8,047 nucleotides of DNA, from the IMG/VR virus record IMGVR_UViG_2609459846_000016. One strand, 5' to 3'. Positions 1-5,610 of the stretch are shown here, piece after piece. The translations under genes and the position numbers were made by a program. The notes under the pieces are model-generated. The model was not told the origin of the DNA, made no database searches, and worked only from the letters and a program-made list of their open reading frames with translations. The DNA comes from a virus (lineage: Duplodnaviria > Heunggongvirae > Uroviricota > Caudoviricetes). Numbering within the stretch: position 1 is the first letter of the stretch; each line of letters starts with the position of its first letter.

Positions 1-1
1 A

Positions 2-214
2 CTGACCAATCAGCTGGTGCAGACGGTAAGGGGGTATATCCGCGAATGCCTGCAATGGATGATTGATGACGGTGTGGTGTCCCGTATTGATCTGGATATC
101 CGCCGCACCGGGATTAATGAACTGGGTAACAGTATCACTCTCTGGCGACGTGACGGACCGGTAATGATTTCTTTTGATAATCTGTGGAGTGCGATAACGC
201 ATGGCGGACAGTGA
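2..214 (+). CDS. Phage baseplate protein, 3' end only (gene continues upstream of the window); probably the gp46/GPW-like wedge subunit that precedes gp47 in Mu-like tail modules
   Basis: Frame is open from the first base of the window to TGA at 212-214; the track shows only the last 65 aa (from an internal GTG at 17). It is co-oriented with the downstream baseplate J-like gene, whose ATG at 201 overlaps it by 14 nt. Identity is inferred from gene order only; I do not recognise motifs in the 70 visible residues. Confidence 0.45.
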   Translation: MTNQLVQTVRGYIRECLQWMIDDGVVSRIDLDIRRTGINELGNSITLWRRDGPVMISFDNLWSAITHGGQ

Positions 215-1283
215 ATTTCAGCGCCCGACGCTGGCAGAAAATATCAGTATGCTCCGTAACGATTTATTCGCCAGGCTGGACGTCAGTGACCCACTCCGGC
301 GCATGGATGAAGACGTGCGGGCAAAGGTGTATGCGGCGGCGCTGCATACGGTTTACGGTTACATCGATTATCTGGCAATGAACATACTGCCTGACCGGTG
401 TGATGAATCCTGGCTGGCGCGACATGCTGCGATGAAACGGTGTCCGCGCAAGGGGGCCACGGCTGCCAGCGGGTATATGCGCTGGGAAGATGTCAGCGAT
501 GACCTGAAGGTGACCGCCGGGAGTGTTATTCAGCGCGATGACCTGGTTCAGTACACAGCAACTGCCGATGCAACCAGCTCCAGTGGTGTCCTGCGCGTGC
601 CGATCGCCTGCTCAACTGCAGGTGCGGTCGGTAATGCTGACGACGGTACGGCATTAATCCTGGTCACGCCGGTGAATGGTCTGCCGTCGTCTGGTGTGGC
701 TGATACCCTGACCGGCGGATTCGATACTGAAGATCTGGAAACGTGGCGCGCCCGCGTCATTGAGCGGTATTACTGGACGCCTCAGGGCGGGGCTGACGGG
801 GATTATGTCGTCTGGGCTAAAGAAGTGCCTGGTATTACGCGCGCATGGACATACCGTCACTGGAGAGGAATAGGAACGGTAGGGGTGATGGTGGCGACAA
901 ACGATCCGGAACATCCGGCTCCGGATGAAAGCGTCATTAATGCAGTCAGAGAGCACATTCTTCCTCTGACACCGGTTGCCGGAAGCGGATTGTATGTATT
1001 CGGTGCCACAGAAAAAGTCATCCCGATGACGATTGCATTATCGAAAGACACACCGCAGATCAGGACTGCAATAAAAGCAGAGCTGAATGCACTGATGTTA
1101 CGGGATGGTGTGCCAGAGGGGCGTATGTATCTGTCCAGAATCAGTGAGGCCATCAGTTTGTCTGCTGGTGAAGTGGCCCACCGGTTAATCGTCCCTTCAT
1201 CGGATATTGACCTGGGGGAGACCGAGCTTCCGGTGCTCGGCGAGATCACCTGGCAGGCTTATGACCCGGCAAGGAGTAAATAA
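201..1283 (+). CDS. Baseplate J / gp47-family baseplate assembly protein
   Basis: 360-aa ORF. The N-terminal region (MADSEFQRPTLAEN...VYGYIDYLAMNILPD...) matches the pattern I recall for Mu gp47 / P2 gpJ-type proteins. Its TAA stop (1281-1283) overlaps the next ATG (1283) as TAATG. GC is roughly 50-55 percent, like the other baseplate genes. Confidence 0.8.
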   Translation: MADSEFQRPTLAENISMLRNDLFARLDVSDPLRRMDEDVRAKVYAAALHTVYGYIDYLAMNILPDRCDESWLARHAAMKRCPRKGATAASGYMRWEDVSDDLKVTAGSVIQRDDLVQYTATADATSSSGVLRVPIACSTAGAVGNADDGTALILVTPVNGLPSSGVADTLTGGFDTEDLETWRARVIERYYWTPQGGADGDYVVWAKEVPGITRAWTYRHWRGIGTVGVMVATNDPEHPAPDESVINAVREHILPLTPVAGSGLYVFGATEKVIPMTIALSKDTPQIRTAIKAELNALMLRDGVPEGRMYLSRISEAISLSAGEVAHRLIVPSSDIDLGETELPVLGEITWQAYDPARSK

Positions 1284-2242
1284 TGGATTCGTTACAGGAT
1301 GATTATAAAAAGCTGCTGTACGGACTGATGCCGCCGGGGCCTGCATGGAGCGATACCGACGGCGTGCTTGATGGTCTGGCACCATCGCTTGTACGTGTTC
1401 ATCAGCGGGCTGATGAACTGATGGCTGAAATCGATCCTGGTCAGTCAACAGAGCTGATTGAACGTTATGAAGAATTGTATGGTTTACCTGACACCTGCTC
1501 TCCTGTTGGAGCCCAGACATTACGCCAGCGTCAGCAACGGCTGGAAGCAAAAGCCAATGTGGCTGGTGGCATAAATGAGCAGTTCTTCCTGGAGCAGCTT
1601 GAGGCGCTGGGATATACCGGCGTGACGATCGAACAGTTCCAGCACCTGGATGCAAGCCCCGATCCGGAATGGGGTGATCGCTGGCGTTATTTCTGGCGTG
1701 TGACGTTGCCGGTGGATGCCGGTGCTCAGTGGCAGACATGTTCGGACACCTGTAACACACCGATCCGGACGTGGGGTGATACGGTTGCGGAATGCGTGAT
1801 TAATAAATTATGTCCGTCGCATACTGTTGTCCTTTTTGCATATCCGGATGAGTCTGGTGAAGTGCAACAAGCCGCCCTGACTATAAACAGCCTCTCCTTT
1901 CAGGCCGGACACAAGACGACTGAGCCATTAGCGATTAATCATACAGGTGTTCATTTTGCGGTTGTTCCGGCACTGACAGGTAAGCCGCTGACAATTAACC
2001 GGATTAACTTTTATGCCGCCCGTCCGATGGCAGAGCCACTGGTACTCAGCAGGGCGCAATTGCACTCAGGTCTGCCGACAACGGACCCCATGACCATGAA
2101 CAGCGCACAGTTGCAGACGGGATACAGGACCCGCTCCCCCGTACCAGTTAACAGTATGCAGTTGCAGACAGCCAGCAGACCCCGTGAACCGTTATTGATT
2201 AATCACCCGGGACTGCATTTTGCTGTGGTCACGTCCGAATGA
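1283..2242 (+). CDS. DUF2313/YmfQ-like phage tail protein (Mu gp48 / P2 gpI position) with a ~125-aa repeat-containing C-terminal extension
   Basis: 319-aa ORF with AAGGAG at 1271-1276, 6 nt before the ATG. N-terminal residues 1 to ~190 (LLYGLMPPGPAW ... ELIERYEELYGLPD ...) resemble YmfQ-type proteins, which I recall as ~190-200 aa. Residues ~195-319 carry internal repeats: EPLAINHTGVHFAVV and EPLLINHPGLHFAVV, and four copies of an xTxNSxQLQ-type unit. The matching DNA-level direct repeats are visible at about 1921-1975 and 2183-2240. Confidence 0.75.
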   Translation: MDSLQDDYKKLLYGLMPPGPAWSDTDGVLDGLAPSLVRVHQRADELMAEIDPGQSTELIERYEELYGLPDTCSPVGAQTLRQRQQRLEAKANVAGGINEQFFLEQLEALGYTGVTIEQFQHLDASPDPEWGDRWRYFWRVTLPVDAGAQWQTCSDTCNTPIRTWGDTVAECVINKLCPSHTVVLFAYPDESGEVQQAALTINSLSFQAGHKTTEPLAINHTGVHFAVVPALTGKPLTINRINFYAARPMAEPLVLSRAQLHSGLPTTDPMTMNSAQLQTGYRTRSPVPVNSMQLQTASRPREPLLINHPGLHFAVVTSE

Positions 2243-2265
2243 CATAAAATAAAAGGAGAGCCGCT

Positions 2266-3315
2266 TTGAATATTATTAAACTCGAAAGTTTTCGACAAAT
2301 TCCGGCGAATGAGGGATTGTGCGAGAACTATTATTCAACAAATATTATTTCAGCACTGAACGAAAACGGTGTCACGCTTATCAATGATATGTCCGGTTCT
2401 GTAACATCCGTCTGTCGTGGCACTCAGGCCGTAAATACTGTAGAAAGAACGGGGCTGATTTTTACGACACCCTCATATGTCACACTGTACAGCACACTTC
2501 CGGACTTAAAAGCCTCAGCTGTACAGCTGGGATTTCGTCTGACATTAAGTGCGGGAAAGAAATATTCATCTTCGCCATCCCACATCAGGATTAATGGCTA
2601 TTCATTTACAACCCCGTATCCTGATGAAGCAGCCAGTTATTACTATGAAATTTTCGCAACGCGAAACGAAAACGGCTATGTCTCAGCCAGTCTGTACTGC
2701 AACCGCTCATTAGTTGGAAATGCATCGTTTTATGTATCAGATGACCGGACTGACAAAATTCAGGTGAGTATTGGTAGTGGTGACAATATTTTTTCATCGG
2801 GTGCATCCGGCACGTTAATGCTGGGTGATATGTACTGTGGAACAGTGACATACGGTAGAAATAATAGTGCAGAACCCGCCCTGCTCGGAAGCATTGAGGT
2901 CAGATACAGCCCGGTAACGGCATTTACCGGTGGAAGCGCCAAAAACTCACTGAATAAAGATATTGTCACGGGGCTGAACACCTCTGACAGCGAGGCCGGA
3001 TATCTGATGCTCTCGCCCTCCCTGAATGCAGCACAGGCCACGTTTGGTGCGGTGGATAACAGCAACAGTGATGTTGTGGCTGTTATGGCCTCGGTCACTT
3101 ACCGCGGTGCTGATGCCCCCAATAACCGCCTGGCCTGGAAAGTGAAAAATGGCAGCCATGCAGGCGCAACGATTACAGAGAATGGCGTACAAAGCGACAC
3201 AAACAGCTGGACGACTGTCTCACAGAGTTTTATGGCCCAGCCAGGCGGAGAAACGCCTTTCACAAAGGGTGAACTGACTTTCACAGCGGAATTGTTTAAT
3301 CAGGCAAGGACATAA
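2266..3315 (+). CDS. Hypothetical protein, 349 aa, Ser/Thr/Asn/Gly/Tyr-rich; probable tail-associated or receptor-binding accessory protein, or a horizontally acquired cargo gene
   Basis: Long ORF starting at TTG 2266 with AGGAG at 2254-2258 (7-nt spacer). It sits 23 nt after the DUF2313 gene and 30 nt before the fibre gene, on the same strand. GC is visibly lower (about 40-45 percent) than the baseplate genes. No hydrophobic N-terminus or transmembrane stretch; composition suggests a beta-rich protein. I recognise no family. Confidence 0.6.
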   Translation: MNIIKLESFRQIPANEGLCENYYSTNIISALNENGVTLINDMSGSVTSVCRGTQAVNTVERTGLIFTTPSYVTLYSTLPDLKASAVQLGFRLTLSAGKKYSSSPSHIRINGYSFTTPYPDEAASYYYEIFATRNENGYVSASLYCNRSLVGNASFYVSDDRTDKIQVSIGSGDNIFSSGASGTLMLGDMYCGTVTYGRNNSAEPALLGSIEVRYSPVTAFTGGSAKNSLNKDIVTGLNTSDSEAGYLMLSPSLNAAQATFGAVDNSNSDVVAVMASVTYRGADAPNNRLAWKVKNGSHAGATITENGVQSDTNSWTTVSQSFMAQPGGETPFTKGELTFTAELFNQART

Positions 3316-3345
3316 TTCTGATATTTCATTCACGGGAGGTTTAAT

Positions 3346-4455
3346 ATGCACAGAATTGACACTCCGACAGCAGTTAAAGATAAATTTGGCCCGGGCAAGA
3401 ACGGATTTACTGACGGGAATATTCGTACAGGGCGTCATGCCACCTGGCTGAACAGTGCCATGTGGGATGCCCTTCAGGAGGAAATCTGTGGTGTCATTGA
3501 GAAGGCCGGGATAGAACTGAATAAAGAGGAACACGACCAGTTATATAAAGCCATATTATTACTGGTGGGCGGTGCAATTAACGAAGAGGCATTGCTGATA
3601 AAAAATAATCTTTCGGATGTCGAAGACAGTGATGAGGCTGTTGAAAACCTCGGATTAAAACCCACGGTGGATAAGGCAAAAAATGCCGTTCAGCGTGATG
3701 GAGACACCATGACCGGGGAGCTGAAAATCAGTGGTGTTAATGCACTGAGGATTTTCAACGAAGCCTTTGGTCTGATTTTTCGTCGTTCGGAAGAGTGTCT
3801 GCACCTCATTCCTACCCGGGAAAATCAGGGCGAGAGTGGTGATATTGGGCCGCTACGCCCCTTTACGCTTAATCTCAGGACCGGTCGCATAACTATGGGA
3901 CACGGTCTGGATGTTACAGAAGATGTATTTGCAGGCCGTTTAGCGATTAACAGCAGTAACGGAACGTGGATTCAGATGCGTGACAACAACGTTATTTTCG
4001 GGAAAAACAGGATAAATACTGATGCTGCTCAGGCGCTTCTGCGTCAGGATCATGCAGACAGAAAGTATTTCCTGGCTGGTCTTGGGAATAAGCAGTTTGG
4101 CATTTACATGATAAATAATAGCCGTACGGATAATGGTACGGACGGTCAGGCGTATATGGATGATGCGGGAAACTGGCGATGCGGGCGTCAGGTTATACCG
4201 TCAGACTACGGAAACTTCGATGCCCGCTACCAGACCAAAACAGGTGGCGTACAGAATTTTCAGTATACCAGTGAGGTGTTTTACAACCCGGGCGGGAACG
4301 AGCACAGCTGGACGTTTCGAGCACCTTCTGGTTGTGTTTTGTCAGGCATTAATGTTCAGGATACTGGCCGTAACTCTGCAGACAATATCGGTGGCGTGTA
4401 TTACAAACAGGCTCAGATTTATATTAATGGTGCATGGCGATCTGTATCAGGTTAA
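3346..4455 (+). CDS. Phage tail fibre protein (Mu S / P2 gpH-like)
   Basis: 369-aa ORF with GGGAGG at 3334-3339 before the ATG. Motifs shared with tail fibres as I recall them: ALLIKNNLSD, ENLGLKPTV...NAVQRDGDTMTGELKI (compare P2 H LGLQETVNRAGNAVQKNGDTLSGGL) and a C-terminal ...IYINGAWRSV. The ENLGL motif at 3641-3667 is the usual constant/variable junction. Confidence 0.85.
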   Translation: MHRIDTPTAVKDKFGPGKNGFTDGNIRTGRHATWLNSAMWDALQEEICGVIEKAGIELNKEEHDQLYKAILLLVGGAINEEALLIKNNLSDVEDSDEAVENLGLKPTVDKAKNAVQRDGDTMTGELKISGVNALRIFNEAFGLIFRRSEECLHLIPTRENQGESGDIGPLRPFTLNLRTGRITMGHGLDVTEDVFAGRLAINSSNGTWIQMRDNNVIFGKNRINTDAAQALLRQDHADRKYFLAGLGNKQFGIYMINNSRTDNGTDGQAYMDDAGNWRCGRQVIPSDYGNFDARYQTKTGGVQNFQYTSEVFYNPGGNEHSWTFRAPSGCVLSGINVQDTGRNSADNIGGVYYKQAQIYINGAWRSVSG

Positions 4456-4469
4456 TTAAGGAGAAAATA

Positions 4470-5000
4470 ATGGAACTCTCAAACATTACGCGTTACTACC
4501 CTGAAGACATGCCTTATGGTGACGGCATTCAGTATTTCCGTAGTGAAGACGGGCAGGATTTTTATGAATCACTGGATAAATTCACGAAGAAATACAAGCT
4601 GTGCACGCATCCTGAAACCGGCGTTATTTATTCCGTGGCGGAAGATGTATCCCGTCTTTATCCCGTTGGTTTTACCATTGTGGAAGTGGATGAACTACCG
4701 GATGGTTTTTGTATAGAGGCGCGCTGGTATTATAAAGACGGTGAAGTACTACCGGTCCCTGTTGATTACAGGCAGCAGGCAGAGTCGGAGCGTGCACGTC
4801 TTACTGCGATTGCTGAACGGGAAATATCCGATAAGAAGACGGATTTACTTTTGGGAATCATCGGTGATGAAGAAAAAGAAAAGCTGACAGTCTGGCGCAT
4901 TTACGCGAAATTGCTGCAGGCGATGGATTTCAGCACCATCACTGATAAAACCTCATATAACGCCATTGAATGGCCCGTCTCTCCGGAAGCCTCTTCCTGA
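4470..5000 (+). CDS. Tail fibre assembly protein (Tfa / Mu U / P2 gpG-like chaperone)
   Basis: 176 aa. ATG at 4470 is preceded by AGGAG at 4459-4463 and lies 14 nt after the fibre stop. The C-terminus (...KLTVWRIYAKLLQAMDFSTITDKTSYNAIEWPVSP) matches the conserved Tfa C-terminus, for example lambda Tfa ...APDIEWPAVP as I recall. The track start at 4434 overlaps the fibre gene and has no RBS, so 4470 is preferred. Confidence 0.85.
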   Translation: MELSNITRYYPEDMPYGDGIQYFRSEDGQDFYESLDKFTKKYKLCTHPETGVIYSVAEDVSRLYPVGFTIVEVDELPDGFCIEARWYYKDGEVLPVPVDYRQQAESERARLTAIAEREISDKKTDLLLGIIGDEEKEKLTVWRIYAKLLQAMDFSTITDKTSYNAIEWPVSPEASS

Positions 5001-5089
5001 TTTAATTTATCGCGAGAAAAATTATGTCTGTAGTGATATCAGGTGCGCTGACAGATGGCGCAGGCGCAGGTCGATCGCAATGACGAGAT

Positions 5090-5360
5090 TTATCGCCGTA
5101 GGAGGGAGATGAAGGAAGAACTGAGCAGTCTGGGGGATTTGAAGTCGATTAGGAATTTTATAGTGGAATAACAGAAGCCGCGGCACGTCGTATGCAAGAA
5201 CGCACCGCGGCAGGCACCAATATTTTTTGTGAAGGTATCTTTTCCCGGAATATCTGCGCCGTTCTGGTTTTTCTGTAATGCGCCAGAAGCCTGATTTACC
5301 GTTTCCTGTAAACCGAGGTTTTTGAGAATTGCCTCCGTGTCGTCTGAACGATATTTTTTC
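5090..5360 (-). pseudogene. Truncated remnant of an alternative tail-fibre segment (S'-like) in inverted orientation
   Basis: Minus-strand translation of about 5212-5360 gives KKYRSDDTEAILKNLGLQETVNQASGALQKNQNGADIPGKDTFTKNIGA, paralogous to the + strand fibre residues SDEAVENLGLKPTVDKAKNAVQRDGDTMTG. The frame then runs into non-fibre-like sequence and stops at 5090. There is no room for the rest of a fibre or a second assembly gene. The track ORF 5090..5467 starts inside the IS terminal repeats, so its first ~40 codons are not fibre-derived. Confidence 0.4.
5303..5328. other. Gin/Hin/Pin/Cin-family DNA-invertase crossover site (gix/hix-like)
   Basis: TTCCTGTAAACCGAGGTTTTTGAGAA is an imperfect palindrome about a central GA. 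It differs at 2 of 26 positions from the Mu gix sequence as I remember it (TTCCTGTAAACCGAGGTTTTGGATAA). On the minus strand it encodes N-L-G-L-Q-E, the fibre junction motif. Confidence 0.6.
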
Positions 5361-5409
5361 CCGCTTTCAGCAACAATCGCGGGCCAGAAAGTATGCAATA
5401 TAGTTATGT

Positions 5410-5542
5410 GCAAAATGGCATCTGAATCGATCGCAGTTTGGCATTCGAATCGATCATGATTTGGCATTCATCTCCGATCACAGTTTGGCATCACAATCGA
5501 TCACGATTTGGCATGCTTCCGATCATTGATTGGCATCCTGCC
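5410..5542. repeat. Left terminal multi-repeat array of the IS (5 tandem ~23-bp units plus a partial sixth)
   Basis: CGATC anchors at 5428, 5451, 5476, 5498 and 5520 (spacing 22-25 bp), each followed by (A/G)TTTGGCAT; a partial unit AAAATGGCATC lies at 5412-5422. Confidence 0.7.
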
Positions 5543-5610
5543 AGTCACTCCGGGAATTAACTCTTTTCACCACAGTCTCCATTGCCGTGTTTAAACCAGT
5601 GGAGACGTCA

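Noticed and set aside
184-381. + strand ORF 184..381 (65 aa)
   Set aside because: It is an alternative frame overlapping the start of the J-like gene and has no independent support.
548-1760. Minus-strand ORFs 548..760, 654..956, 857..1249 and 1197..1760 in the track
   Set aside because: They lie wholly inside the J-like and DUF2313 genes on the opposite strand, have no RBS and no recognisable motifs. Antisense ORFs of this length are expected in moderately GC-rich coding DNA.
1865-2242. Diversity-generating retroelement (variable/template repeat pair) as an explanation for the repeats in the DUF2313 extension
   Set aside because: The repeat copies are only about 75 percent identical, their differences are not confined to adenine positions, and no reverse transcriptase gene is present in the window.
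2606-3665. Minus-strand ORFs 2606..2851, 2760..3098, 2947..3192, 3099..3284, 3220..3534 and 3474..3665
   Set aside because: They are antisense to the 349-aa ORF and the fibre gene, overlap each other and show no signals.
4434-4469. Track start at 4434 for the assembly gene
   Set aside because: It overlaps the 3' end of the fibre gene and lacks an RBS. ATG 4470 has AGGAG at the right spacing and begins at the conserved N-terminus.
4133-4716. + strand ORFs 4133..4459 and 4516..4716
   Set aside because: They are out-of-frame overlaps inside the fibre and assembly genes.
5329-5420. An intact DNA invertase gene somewhere in the window
   Set aside because: No ORF in any frame carries serine-recombinase hallmarks. 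Only a very short and weak N-terminal resemblance precedes the IS; it is kept as a hypothesis under findings.
5410-5542. Possible CRISPR array or plasmid iterons, suggested by regular ~23-bp repeats
   Set aside because: The units are contiguous with no unique spacers, sit directly upstream of istA and recur in inverted orientation after istB. That fits IS21-family terminal repeats.
5530-5610. Track start at 5530 for istA (548 aa)
   Set aside because: It is a TTG lying inside the IS terminal repeat array. ATG 5611 with GGAGA upstream is far more plausible; 5641 remains a possible alternative.
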